Positions 20,465-30,527 of a DNA stretch of 64,000 nucleotides are shown in pieces. Each line of letters begins with the position of its first letter. The first letter of the stretch is position 1. Source of the stretch: Methanocaldococcus sp. 28A (GTDB taxonomy: Archaea > AGJL01 > Methanococci > Methanococcales > Methanocaldococcaceae); NCBI GenBank assembly GCA_049852185.1, contig CP187540.1, one strand, 5' to 3'. The position numbers and the translations under genes were made by a program. The notes under the pieces were generated by a model that searched no databases, was not told where the DNA came from, and saw nothing but the letters and a program-made list of their open reading frames with translations.

Positions 20465-21843
20465 CTCCCTTTAAGATTTTTTTCTATCCTAAAGAGCTTT
20501 AAAATCGTAGGTGCAAAGTCGTAAATAGTTGAAGTAATTTGCTTACTATCCTCCATTCCAGGTAAATAAATAGAAAATACACCATACTCAGAATGAACCG
20601 CATCATCAGGCCCTGTGTCATTCTCTAAAAGATATAGGCTTTCATAACCTAAGGTTCCTGCAGCCCTCCAACTTAAATTATCAAAATACACCATCATATC
20701 TGGCTTATCTCCTTTTGTCTTTGGATAAATATCTTCTGGGTAAAACACTTTAGTATCCCATTTTTCTCCATTTGGTCCCCTAATGCCTCTAATAATTTCT
20801 GCTACTTCATCTCTGACTTTATGGTAATTTTCTGGCTTTATTATACCATTTGGCTCTCTTCCCACAACATTGAGGAAGATTCTTGAGTAGTAACCTCCCC
20901 AAGCCCATGCTATTGTATTTCTCCAATCCACATCCAAATCTTCAAATCTCAACTGTTTTCCAGATTTTAAAATCTCAGGATTTTTAATCTTTAATAATCC
21001 TTCCTCAATCAACCACTGGTTTATTGCAAAAGCTCCCTTCATAGCTTTTATTCCATGGTCTGATACAATAATAACAGCAGTTTTATCCAAATCTAAAAGT
21101 TCTAAAGTTTTTCCAATTTCCTTATCAAGAAGTTTGTAATAATCTGGAATAACATTTTTGTAGGGATTATAGTCTCCAGGATATAAATGATGATTTTCAT
21201 CAAAATACTTCCAGAATGCATGATGGACTCTATCCAAACCAATTTCAACAAATTGGAAATAGTCCCAATCTTTTTCTTGAATTAGGTATCTTATAACTTC
21301 AAACCTTTTCTCAGTCATCTCCCAAAGTAATTCTTTTACCTCATCTCTATTGTCCTTCCTAAAAACCACGTCAAATATATACTCTCCAACGAGGTTTTCT
21401 ATTTCACTTTTGAGAGATTTTGGATAAGTGTAATTAACTGATGCGTCAGGGGTTATAAAGCAAGAGACCAAATGTCCTTTAATAGGCTTTGGAGGATAAC
21501 TTGGAGGAACGCCAACTAAGATTGATTTTTTCCCTACTTCCCCTAAATAATCCCAAACTGCTTTTTCTTTAACCATCAAACTGTGAGCAATCCAGATATT
21601 ATTATAAGTTCCTTTCTTTCTATGCCTAAATCCATAAAGCCCTAATTCTCCTGGAGTTTTACCAGTAGCCATTACCATCCAGGCAGGAATAGTTATAGCA
21701 GGAACACAACTTTTCATAGGGCCATATATTGATTTCTCTAAAAGCTTTTTTATGTTTGGTAGTTTATCTAATAACTTATCAAATAAAAGTTCTGGAGGAG
21801 CAGAATCTAAGCCAATAACAAATACTTTTTTTACATTTTCCAT
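20452..21843 (-). CDS. Alkaline phosphatase superfamily (type I phosphodiesterase/nucleotide pyrophosphatase-like) protein
   Basis: VIGLD, PAITIPAW (Thr nucleophile position), DRVHH, SDHG. Confidence 0.8.
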   Translation of the reverse strand: MENVKKVFVIGLDSAPPELLFDKLLDKLPNIKKLLEKSIYGPMKSCVPAITIPAWMVMATGKTPGELGLYGFRHRKKGTYNNIWIAHSLMVKEKAVWDYLGEVGKKSILVGVPPSYPPKPIKGHLVSCFITPDASVNYTYPKSLKSEIENLVGEYIFDVVFRKDNRDEVKELLWEMTEKRFEVIRYLIQEKDWDYFQFVEIGLDRVHHAFWKYFDENHHLYPGDYNPYKNVIPDYYKLLDKEIGKTLELLDLDKTAVIIVSDHGIKAMKGAFAINQWLIEEGLLKIKNPEILKSGKQLRFEDLDVDWRNTIAWAWGGYYSRIFLNVVGREPNGIIKPENYHKVRDEVAEIIRGIRGPNGEKWDTKVFYPEDIYPKTKGDKPDMMVYFDNLSWRAAGTLGYESLYLLENDTGPDDAVHSEYGVFSIYLPGMEDSKQITSTIYDFAPTILKLFRIEKNLKGRCIL

Positions 21844-21847
21844 TATA

Positions 21848-22807
21848 TCACCTTAAATATAAATTTATAATTTCCAAAACATCATCAACATTACTTTTTT
21901 CCAAAATACATCCTAAGACATCCTTCTTCCCACCAGCGTTGTAATTTTTGTGTTTTAATGTTTGAATAAGTTCAGCCATCTTTATTTTGTCAGTTAAATT
22001 AGATGAAATTCTGAAATATATCTGTGCTTTTCCGTTAAAATCTTCATTTACAACTACTGCTCCATCATAACCCATTTCCCAAACAACTTTCCTTGCAACT
22101 TTTGAGATAATGTTAAATTTACTCTTAAATCTAATAAATACGATCCTATTTTTAACTATTATATTTGAAATAGCATCTTCTATTGCATCATTGATTTTTT
22201 CAAGATTCTTGTTCCATTTTTCATACTCTAAAAGTTCTTTTGGTTCTAAATTTAAAATAACTTTCACAGCATTTTCAACTTCATCCCTATCCATTACAAT
22301 ATAATTTGAATCAATCAATTGAACCAATTTTACTGCATCTTCTTTACCAATTCCTTCTAAATTTAGAAATTTTTTAACTTTTGAAATACTAAATGCCTTC
22401 TCTCCAATATCCCCCACAGCTCCAAGTGCAGATAAATAGTTCCAGAAGGAAAAATGGTATGAAACAACAAAAGATGCTGATGGGAAATTTTTACCTTCTA
22501 AAACTGGGTTTATTTGCCTAACTTTTGGATTTTCAATCCTTTTTTGTATGTGATGATCGATGAATATTGTTTCCTTGTTAATATTTTCTACGTCTTGCGG
22601 GAGATTTAAATCTAAGACATAGATTTTTTCTGCCTGTTCAATTTTTTTCCATATTCTTTCATCAAATCTAAACTCACCAATTGGTGGAATTACATTTATA
22701 AAATCCTCTAAATTTAAAGCTTTAACTGTTAAAGCTGCTGAAGTAATTCCATCAGTGTCCCAATGGTGAATTATCAACATATTAACCATCCACAAATGGG
22801 TTTTCAA
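21848..22807 (-). CDS. DHH-family phosphoesterase, probable PAP phosphatase
   Basis: HHWDTDG, VLD, IDHH, AGG; lies in the sat/cysC operon; likely start at MLIIHH. Confidence 0.75.
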   Translation of the reverse strand: MKTHLWMVNMLIIHHWDTDGITSAALTVKALNLEDFINVIPPIGEFRFDERIWKKIEQAEKIYVLDLNLPQDVENINKETIFIDHHIQKRIENPKVRQINPVLEGKNFPSASFVVSYHFSFWNYLSALGAVGDIGEKAFSISKVKKFLNLEGIGKEDAVKLVQLIDSNYIVMDRDEVENAVKVILNLEPKELLEYEKWNKNLEKINDAIEDAISNIIVKNRIVFIRFKSKFNIISKVARKVVWEMGYDGAVVVNEDFNGKAQIYFRISSNLTDKIKMAELIQTLKHKNYNAGGKKDVLGCILEKSNVDDVLEIINLYLR

Positions 22808-23930
22808 AACTCATTATTGTTTCATAAACCTCTTTTCTCATAAAGTATTCTGGAGGTATTTCACCATTAACAATCATATTTCTGATTTTAGTTCCACTGA
22901 AATATTCTCTATCTTCCATTGGGTGAGGACAAATCCTTTCATTTACTATACCTTTACATTTTTTGCAATAGAAGAATTCTTTAAAGAACATTGGTGTTAT
23001 TCCTAAATCTGGGAAGTTTTTAAATATTTCTTGTGCTTCGTAAGGGCCATAATAGTTTCCAACCCCTGCATGGTCTCTTCCAACAATAAAGTGTGTGCAT
23101 CCAAAATTCTTTCTCATTATTGCGTGATGGATAGCTTCTCTTGGCCCAGCATATCTCATCTCATATCTAACCGTTGCCAAAACTGCAGAATCCTTTGGAT
23201 AGTAGTGCTTAAATAATGTTTCATATGCTTTCAAAATAACTTCATCTCTATAATCGCCTTTCTTTTTCTTTCCTAAAACAGGGTTTATAAACAATCCATC
23301 AACAAAGGTTAATGCGGATTTTTGTAAGTATTCATGCCCCAAATGAGGAACATTCCTCGTTTGAAATGCCACAATAGTTTCAAATTTTCTCTCTTTAAAT
23401 AATACTCTTGTTTCTATTGGTCTTAAGGTGTATTTCTCAAAGGTGTTAGGTAATTCATTTAAAAGTCTAATTTCTCCGCCAACAAGATATTCATTCATAT
23501 TATAAACTTTTGCTACTCCAGGATGGTTTATATCTGTAGTTTTAAAGACTTTTTGGGCAAATTCTTTTTTATCATATTTGTAGATATCCTCCACATTCAT
23601 AACAGCTATTGGGATATTTTCATGATATAAAAGGATTTCATCTCCAACATCAAATTTTAAATCTTTCCCTTTTACATCCAAAACTATAGGAATGCTCCAT
23701 GGTAAATCATTAGGTAATCTCATATCATCTAAAACATATTGAAATTCTTCTTCTCTTAAAAACCCTTCAAGTGGGGAGTATATTCCATGTGCAATATTTT
23801 CAATGTCTATTGCAGTTCCTTCCCTAATACTTATTTTATAATATTCATCTTTTTCTTCTAAAATTCTCTCTTTACTTTTCTCAGATAATAATTTTCTAAC
23901 TAATTTTCCCCCATGAGGCTTTGAAACCAC
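22782..23930 (-). CDS. sat: Sulfate adenylyltransferase (ATP sulfurylase)
   Basis: PHGG, QTRNVPHLGH, YAGPREA, VGRDHAG, SGT. Confidence 0.95.
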   Translation of the reverse strand: MVSKPHGGKLVRKLLSEKSKERILEEKDEYYKISIREGTAIDIENIAHGIYSPLEGFLREEEFQYVLDDMRLPNDLPWSIPIVLDVKGKDLKFDVGDEILLYHENIPIAVMNVEDIYKYDKKEFAQKVFKTTDINHPGVAKVYNMNEYLVGGEIRLLNELPNTFEKYTLRPIETRVLFKERKFETIVAFQTRNVPHLGHEYLQKSALTFVDGLFINPVLGKKKKGDYRDEVILKAYETLFKHYYPKDSAVLATVRYEMRYAGPREAIHHAIMRKNFGCTHFIVGRDHAGVGNYYGPYEAQEIFKNFPDLGITPMFFKEFFYCKKCKGIVNERICPHPMEDREYFSGTKIRNMIVNGEIPPEYFMRKEVYETIMSFENPFVDG

Positions 23931-23934
23931 AGTA

Positions 23935-23958
23935 TCACCTTTAATGATATTTAATTAA
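23935..23958 (-). promoter_or_regulatory. Leader motif upstream of sat, shared with the RHH gene
   Basis: TCACCTTTAATGATATTTAATTAA is repeated at 24221-24253. Confidence 0.4.
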
Positions 23959-23988
23959 GTTTAATTAAAATAAAAAATAATAAATTTG

Positions 23989-24216
23989 CTAATCTAAATA
24001 TCCTAATGCTCTTAATCTCTCTTTAACTTTCTCCTCTTCCTCCTCACTAAATACTTCTTCTTTTTCTTTCTCCTCTAAACTTGCTAAAACCTCTCTTAAA
24101 ACGTAGGTTACATAATCTGAGACAGATGTAAATCCAGTCCCTTCAATTCTTTTTTTAATCTTTTCATAAAGTTGGATTGGTATTGAGACTGTTGTATATT
24201 TTCTTTCATCTGACAT
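23989..24216 (-). CDS. Ribbon-helix-helix (CopG-like) protein with acidic linker and C-terminal LRALGY motif
   Basis: YTTVSIP...LYEKI...FTSVSDYVTYVLRE, then EEEEEKVKERLRALGYLD. Confidence 0.8.
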   Translation of the reverse strand: MSDERKYTTVSIPIQLYEKIKKRIEGTGFTSVSDYVTYVLREVLASLEEKEKEEVFSEEEEEKVKERLRALGYLD

Positions 24217-24220
24217 CTTT

Positions 24221-24253
24221 TCACCTTAATGATATTTAATGATATTTAATTAA
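24221..24253 (-). promoter_or_regulatory. Leader motif upstream of the RHH gene with tandem GATATTTAAT
   Basis: Same motif as 23935-23958 with one extra 10-bp unit. Confidence 0.4.
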
Positions 24254-24326
24254 ATTGCATTAGGTATATATATCTTACTCTGATAAATATAAATACCCTA
24301 TTTTTTAGTAGAATAAAAAATAGAGA

Positions 24327-25871
24327 TTGAGAGGTTGGGTAATATTGAGCGAAGTTAATAAAGTCCTACATGGGATTGCGAAAGGAGCTGGAATCGTATT
24401 CTTAGGAACAATTATTTCAATGTTCTTTGGATTCTTAAGTGTAGTAATTATAGCAAGGTATTTCTCTACTGCTGAATATGGAATATACAACATGGCTTGG
24501 ACTATTCTGAATATAGCCATGGTAATTGCTATGCTTGGATTTCCTAATTCTCTTCCAAGAGAAATTGCATATTACAAAGAAAAAGAACCTTTAAAAATAG
24601 GATGTCTAATATCAACTGCATTGACAATTATATTATTAGTAAGCTTATCTGTTACAGCATTTCTGATTTTTGGATCAATTTATATTGCTCAGATATTCAA
24701 TGAAGAAATGCTAATTTATACTTTGAAGATAATGTCACTTGCACTCCCTTTTTTAGCTTTAACAGGAACTTTTGTAGCTATATCTCAAGGGTTTGGAAGA
24801 GTTAGAGAAAAGGTTTATTTTCAAAATATATTATACCCTATACTATGGTTTTCTTTTTTAGGACTTGTAGTTATTATGAAATTAAACTTTTATTACATTT
24901 TTGTATCATATGTAATAGCTCAAGTTATTACATTCTTTGCATTAGCTATAGATGTATTTAAAAAAAGATTATTTAAGATTGATATTATAGATTTAGAATT
25001 AGGGAAGGAATTAATAAAATTATCTATTCCTCTGATGTTTACGGGAATTGCTGGATTTATAATGACATGGACAGATACATTGATGCTTGGATTCTATAAA
25101 ACTTCAGAAGCTGTTGGTTTATACAATGCTGCAGCTTCATTAGCAAAGCTATTGCCTATAGTTTTATATTCTGCTGGTTTCATCTACCCTCCTTTAGCTA
25201 CGGCTCTCTATGCTCAAGGAAAAATTAATAAATTAAAGAGGGTTTATCAAGTATTAACAAAGTGGATGTTTCTTGCAACTTTACCTTTGTTTATTTTAAT
25301 GTTTCTCTTCCCAGAGGCTACATTAGGATTTTTCTTTGGAGAAAAATATTTAGAAGCTAGTAGTATTCTTCAGATCCTCGCCTTGGGTTTTATGTTCCAC
25401 ACACTCTTGGGTTTAAACGGGTTAAGTTTGATTGTTATTAAAGAGAGTAATTTTGTAATGTATTCAACTTTGATATCTGCAGTTATAAATGTGTTTTTGA
25501 ATGTTCTACTGATACAGAGTTATGGTATCAAAGGAGCTGCTATCGCTACAGCAATTTCATACTTTACAACAAATGTTTTAAATTCTCTCAGGCTTTATCA
25601 GAAGGCTAAAGTTCATCCATTTAGTAGAAATTATATCAAAGTTGTTGTTATTAGTCTTATTATGTCAGGATTTGTTTGGATTTTACATTTTAAAATGTTA
25701 AACATATTGTATGCAAGCCTTGTTTTAATAGCATTTCTGATAGTTTACTTATTATTATTATTACTAAGCAAAAGTATTGATAAAGAAGATATTGATCTAT
25801 TATTAGCTATAGAGAGAAAAATTGGGATTAATTTAAGTATTTTAAAAAAAGTTTTACAAAGGTTTATTTAA
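24327..25871 (+). CDS. Wzx-type oligosaccharide flippase
   Basis: Polytopic MOP-family protein with EYGIY, TDTLMLG, VGLYNAA, YGIKGAAIAT. Confidence 0.88.
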   Translation: MRGWVILSEVNKVLHGIAKGAGIVFLGTIISMFFGFLSVVIIARYFSTAEYGIYNMAWTILNIAMVIAMLGFPNSLPREIAYYKEKEPLKIGCLISTALTIILLVSLSVTAFLIFGSIYIAQIFNEEMLIYTLKIMSLALPFLALTGTFVAISQGFGRVREKVYFQNILYPILWFSFLGLVVIMKLNFYYIFVSYVIAQVITFFALAIDVFKKRLFKIDIIDLELGKELIKLSIPLMFTGIAGFIMTWTDTLMLGFYKTSEAVGLYNAAASLAKLLPIVLYSAGFIYPPLATALYAQGKINKLKRVYQVLTKWMFLATLPLFILMFLFPEATLGFFFGEKYLEASSILQILALGFMFHTLLGLNGLSLIVIKESNFVMYSTLISAVINVFLNVLLIQSYGIKGAAIATAISYFTTNVLNSLRLYQKAKVHPFSRNYIKVVVISLIMSGFVWILHFKMLNILYASLVLIAFLIVYLLLLLLSKSIDKEDIDLLLAIERKIGINLSILKKVLQRFI

Positions 25872-27235
25872 ATCTTGATTTTTGGAACTTTTGCTACTGT
25901 TGCGGTTTTCAGGAACTTCATAACTTCTTTTTTCATATGTTTTACAATATCCTCTGAAACCTCTATTTTAGGATTGTATGAAATTATTTCTTCGAACTTC
26001 CATTCAGTCACGTTGAAAATTCCTTTAAAGTTTTTGTAATATACTGCTATACGATATTTTTCAAGTTGTTCTATGTTTTTCTTTTCTTCTTCAGTTAATA
26101 ATTCACCAACATTTACATGTATTCCATAAGACTCTGCAAATACTGTATTAGAATATAACATACTGTCATCAGTTGATTTGTTTTCTATTAAATTTAATAT
26201 AAATGGTTTTAACATTGTTAGGCTAATATACTTTGAGTTATTCTCTATGATTTCAAGGTTAAGTCCTTTAGGATATTTTATTAATAATGGTATTCTCAAA
26301 ACTTCATCATATAAAAAAGTTCCATGACCTATTCTTCCATGTTCACCTATTAGTTGTCCATGATCACTAGTCACAATAATAAGAGAGTTATCAAAGAGAT
26401 TATGTTCTTTTAAAATCTTCATTAATTCTAAGATTCTTCCGGTTACATATTTAACTTCTTCTAAGTATTTTTGCTTCCACATTTGAACTGTTTTAGGGTC
26501 AAGTCTATTAGTTTTTAAGTTTTCTACGCTTTTATCATTTTCATTTGGAAAATAGGGCTCATGTACTTCCATTAAGTTTATAAAGATATATTTTGGATTT
26601 TTATTTGAAGTAAACCTTAAGTATTTTATAATTGTTTTTATTAAATTTTTAGCACCTTTATCTTTTGGCCATTTTTCACCAAAAGGCCAATACTTAGTGA
26701 TAATTACATTTAATCCTGCCCTTATTAATAACATACATTGTCTAGAAAATAAAAATGTTTTAAGAATGTCAAACTTATTTTTTAAGTTATATTCTTGTTT
26801 TAATTTTTCTATGCATTTTAGGTCATCATTAGATAACCATGGAAAAGAAATAATGTCATAAAAATTATTAAATCCTATGAATCCAAAGGATGGCCTTATA
26901 TATGGATTAGCACTGAATAAAGAAGTTTCAAATCCCAATTCTAACAATTGTACACTTAAAATTTCTCTATTTTTCTTAAGTTTAACTCCAAAATCTTTTC
27001 TGTTTTTAGTTTCATGAGCTCCATGAAATGCTGGATATAAGCCCGTAAAAATTGATGCATGGCTTGGGGTTGTCCATGGAGCGGGTGCTATTGCATTATT
27101 ATAGGATACAAATCCTATTTTTGTTAGTGCATCTTCCAATGGTTTGGCAAAATCTTTTCTCATAGTATCTACAATGATAATGATTACATTTGGTAAATTG
27201 TCCATTCTACACACCCTTGTTTTAAACGTGATCAA
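25868..27235 (-). CDS. Sulfatase-like hydrolase/transferase with Thr at the formylglycine position
   Basis: PNVIIIIVDTMR, APWTTPSHASIFTG, HEPY, TSDHG, GEHG. Confidence 0.8.
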   Translation of the reverse strand: MITFKTRVCRMDNLPNVIIIIVDTMRKDFAKPLEDALTKIGFVSYNNAIAPAPWTTPSHASIFTGLYPAFHGAHETKNRKDFGVKLKKNREILSVQLLELGFETSLFSANPYIRPSFGFIGFNNFYDIISFPWLSNDDLKCIEKLKQEYNLKNKFDILKTFLFSRQCMLLIRAGLNVIITKYWPFGEKWPKDKGAKNLIKTIIKYLRFTSNKNPKYIFINLMEVHEPYFPNENDKSVENLKTNRLDPKTVQMWKQKYLEEVKYVTGRILELMKILKEHNLFDNSLIIVTSDHGQLIGEHGRIGHGTFLYDEVLRIPLLIKYPKGLNLEIIENNSKYISLTMLKPFILNLIENKSTDDSMLYSNTVFAESYGIHVNVGELLTEEEKKNIEQLEKYRIAVYYKNFKGIFNVTEWKFEEIISYNPKIEVSEDIVKHMKKEVMKFLKTATVAKVPKIKI

Positions 27236-28136
27236 TCATCTTTGAGCTTATTAATTCCTCCCTAACTTTATATTCCCATAGCCCCCATAAAGGTTTCATA
27301 ATACTAGGTTGTGGAGGACTTCCAGTATATTTTATAACCTTTCTATTACCATACCAAGTCCATGCTTTTTCTACGATTTCTTTTGCCACAATCTCCCAGA
27401 ATTTGTTCCAGTCCATGATTTCTTTTAATTTCGTTAATATTTTATCATACGGGCTCCAATCATATTTTTTATAGAATTTCTTATGTTCTTCTATTCGTGT
27501 TAGATAATTACCAGGAAACAATGCATAGTAATGGTAGACTGGCTTAGGTACATATGCATAGTGAATCGACTTTAGGGCCCTTAATGGATGCGTAATATTT
27601 CTTAGAGCAATCTTTACAATCCCTAAAGGAGTAAATATAAATCCTCCACTGTCCCCACCAAGCTTAATATACTCATTATTTTTAGAAAACAATGGTGCCC
27701 AAATCTCTGGTTTAATTATCCAGTTACCTACAAAATATAGATAGGGTAAATAAAATATCTTAACTTTAGGATACATTCTTGCTAAGAAAATCAGTTCCTC
27801 TATTGTCTCTTTATCAAACACATGATCTGGATCTATTTTCAAAATATAATCTCCAGAGCTTTCCTCCATTGCTTCGTTTAAAATTTGAGCAAATAATTCC
27901 CCTAAGTCTTTTTTACCTCTCCATTTTTTTCTTTTTATTATTATCTTATCCTCATACACTTCTACTAATTTTTTAAGAACTTCATAAGTACCGTCATCAC
28001 TATAACCTTCACAAATTATCATTTCTTCACAGTATGGAATTACTGACAAAATTGCCTCTACGAAAGGATATCCTTGGGAAATTAAGTTTCTAGCCAACAT
28101 AATACATGATAATTTAATTTTCCTTTCTCTTGACAT
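27222..28136 (-). CDS. GT2-like glycosyltransferase
   Basis: EGYSDDGT and IDPD (DxD) motifs. Confidence 0.75.
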   Translation of the reverse strand: MSRERKIKLSCIMLARNLISQGYPFVEAILSVIPYCEEMIICEGYSDDGTYEVLKKLVEVYEDKIIIKRKKWRGKKDLGELFAQILNEAMEESSGDYILKIDPDHVFDKETIEELIFLARMYPKVKIFYLPYLYFVGNWIIKPEIWAPLFSKNNEYIKLGGDSGGFIFTPLGIVKIALRNITHPLRALKSIHYAYVPKPVYHYYALFPGNYLTRIEEHKKFYKKYDWSPYDKILTKLKEIMDWNKFWEIVAKEIVEKAWTWYGNRKVIKYTGSPPQPSIMKPLWGLWEYKVREELISSKMIDHV

Positions 28137-28148
28137 AAGTTTGCCTCC

Positions 28149-29246
28149 TTAGAACTTTTTGATAGTTTCGCATATGTATTTTACTTCTTCCTCTTTTAAC
28201 CAAGGATGCATAGGTAAGGAGAGTATCTCGTTGCTAATTTTCTCAGTAATTGGTAACTGAACATTAATGCCTAAATCCACATAAGCTTTTTGTTTATGTA
28301 CGGGAATTGGATAATGTATCTGGGTCTGTATTCCATTTTCTGATAAATATTTTTGTAACTTATCCCTTTCCTTATGTCTTATTATGTATAAATGATAAAC
28401 ATGTTTAGCCCACACTTTTTCAATAGGTGTGATTACCTCATAGTCTTCTAGAAGCTTATTATACAGCTTGGCCATTTTTCTCCTTCTTTTGTTCCATTCA
28501 TCTAAGTATTTCAGCTTCACTCTAAGTATTGCTGCTTGTAATTCATCAAGTCTGCTGTTGACTCCTATAAGATTATGATAATATTTTTTAGATGAGCCGT
28601 AGCTTCTTAACACTCTCAATTTCTCAGCGAGCTCATCATCGTTAGTAACTACCACTCCACCATCTCCATATGCCCCAAGGTTTTTTGTCGGATAAAAACT
28701 GAAGCAGCCAACATCTCCAATATTTCCAACTTTTCGTCCCTTATATTCTGCTCCATGTGCCTGGCTTGCATCTTCTATTACATACAGTCCATACTCCTCT
28801 GCTATTTCTAATATGGGGTCCATATCTGCAGGATGGCCATACAAATGGACCGGAACAATTGCCTTTGTTTTTTCTGTAATCTTTTTTTCGATTTGACTTA
28901 CATCTATAGTATATGTTTCAGGATCGATATCCACAAAAACAGGTTTAGCTCCATTTCTTGTAATAGCATCCACTGTTGATATAAATGTGTGAGAAACAGT
29001 TATAACTTCATCATCTTTACTAACACCAAGAGCTTTGACAGCTAAGTATAACGCATCAGAACCAGAATTCACACCAATTACGTGCTTTGCTCCCAAATAC
29101 TCAGCAAACTCCTTTTCAAAAGCTTCAAGTTCCTTCCCTAAAATGAACCACCCACTTTCTAAAACTCTTTGTATTACTTGATTAATCTCTTTCTTAATTT
29201 CTTGATATTCTCGCCTTAAATCTACAAATGAAATCATTTTAAACAC
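28149..29246 (-). CDS. DegT/DnrJ/FdtB-type sugar aminotransferase
   Basis: [39 protein letters not shown]. Confidence 0.92.
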   Translation of the reverse strand: MFKMISFVDLRREYQEIKKEINQVIQRVLESGWFILGKELEAFEKEFAEYLGAKHVIGVNSGSDALYLAVKALGVSKDDEVITVSHTFISTVDAITRNGAKPVFVDIDPETYTIDVSQIEKKITEKTKAIVPVHLYGHPADMDPILEIAEEYGLYVIEDASQAHGAEYKGRKVGNIGDVGCFSFYPTKNLGAYGDGGVVVTNDDELAEKLRVLRSYGSSKKYYHNLIGVNSRLDELQAAILRVKLKYLDEWNKRRRKMAKLYNKLLEDYEVITPIEKVWAKHVYHLYIIRHKERDKLQKYLSENGIQTQIHYPIPVHKQKAYVDLGINVQLPITEKISNEILSLPMHPWLKEEEVKYICETIKKF

Positions 29247-29914
29247 ACCACCTTACCATTTATTTTTTTGTAAGTTTTTCCACATTTACATACTGCCATG
29301 TCTCCTTTAAAGTGTAAGTCCATTCCGCACTTACACACATAGCCTTTCAATTCTGCTGGAACTCCATAAACCAAGGCATAATCTGGAACATCTTTAGTAA
29401 CTACCGCTCCAGCACCAATCATTGCCCATTTCCCAATGGTCACGCCACATACTATTGTCACATTTGCCCCAATGCTTGCACCTTCTTTCACATAGGTTTT
29501 AATAAATTCAGGTGGATATATTTTACTTCTCGGTCGTAAGTCATTGGTAAATGTAACATTGGGTCCTATAAACACGTTATTCTCTATTCTCACACCATCC
29601 CATAATTGGACTCCGCTTTTTATAGTAACATTATTACCAACTATTACATCATTCTCTATAAAAACATAATCACAAATATTGCAGTTTTTTCCAATTTTTG
29701 CTCTTGGAAGAATATGAACATATGCCCAGATTCTTGTTCCTTTTCCAATATTTTCACTCTCAACAAGAGCCTTTGGATGAATAAAAACCTCTTTTTCTTC
29801 TAGTTTTTTTCTTATTCTAGATAAATACTTGTTATAATCATGATATTTTCTTTGTAATTCTCTTATCGAATTCATTCCAAAATCCCTCTCTTGCCATTTT
29901 TCTAAACGTTTCAT
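29234..29914 (-). CDS. Hexapeptide-repeat sugar N-acetyltransferase (WxcM/FdtC-like) with C-terminal Cys cluster
   Basis: LbetaH repeats, [19 protein letters not shown] twice; start probably at MNSIRE. Confidence 0.85.
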   Translation of the reverse strand: MKRLEKWQERDFGMNSIRELQRKYHDYNKYLSRIRKKLEEKEVFIHPKALVESENIGKGTRIWAYVHILPRAKIGKNCNICDYVFIENDVIVGNNVTIKSGVQLWDGVRIENNVFIGPNVTFTNDLRPRSKIYPPEFIKTYVKEGASIGANVTIVCGVTIGKWAMIGAGAVVTKDVPDYALVYGVPAELKGYVCKCGMDLHFKGDMAVCKCGKTYKKINGKVVCLK

Positions 29915-30299
29915 AATCCCTTATATAGTCTTTCTCGTCATATGGCATAGATGCTAACACTAAAGTCACTGAGTTCGAAGAAAAGTTAACTAACTCTCTC
30001 CAAATCCCCGGTGGAATATATAAACCATAGTGTGGCCTATTGAGAAAAACACTTTTTTTAGAATATCCATCATCAATTATTACTTCAAAACTACCACTTA
30101 ACGATATAATTACTTGTTCGAGTTCTATATGTGCATGCCCACCCCTAGTTGCTCCAGTAGGGACATCATATAGGTAGTATACTCTCTTAATTTCGAAAGG
30201 TACATGTTTGTACTCCTCGATAAAGGTTAGATTGCCCCTATAATCTGTAATTATTGGAAATTTAATAATTTTACACAGGTCTATTCTATCAGCTATCAT
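29838..30299 (-). CDS. FdtA/QdtA-family dTDP-keto-sugar 3,4-isomerase (cupin)
   Basis: [27 protein letters not shown]. Confidence 0.9.
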   Translation of the reverse strand: MIADRIDLCKIIKFPIITDYRGNLTFIEEYKHVPFEIKRVYYLYDVPTGATRGGHAHIELEQVIISLSGSFEVIIDDGYSKKSVFLNRPHYGLYIPPGIWRELVNFSSNSVTLVLASMPYDEKDYIRDYETFRKMAREGFWNEFDKRITKKIS

Positions 30300-30527
30300 G
30301 AAATCACCTTACTATGTCATTACTATGTTAAATATATCATATGAGAGTGTGCATAATTAAAGAGTTAAATATAATGAGATAAAGTAATAGAGTAAAAAGC
30401 AAGAAAAAACTAAGGAGGTGAATAAAATTGGCCCCATTGAAATAGTTATAACTACCATAGATAAATACCTTACTGATAAAATCGAACAACTAAGGCGTAG
30501 AGGATGTAAGGGTTATGAGTTAATATT

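Noticed and set aside
29838-29914. FdtA/acetyltransferase overlap as a programmed frameshift giving a bifunctional protein
   Set aside because: An internal ATG (MNSIRE) with a purine-rich RBS explains separate translation, and no convincing slippery site was seen
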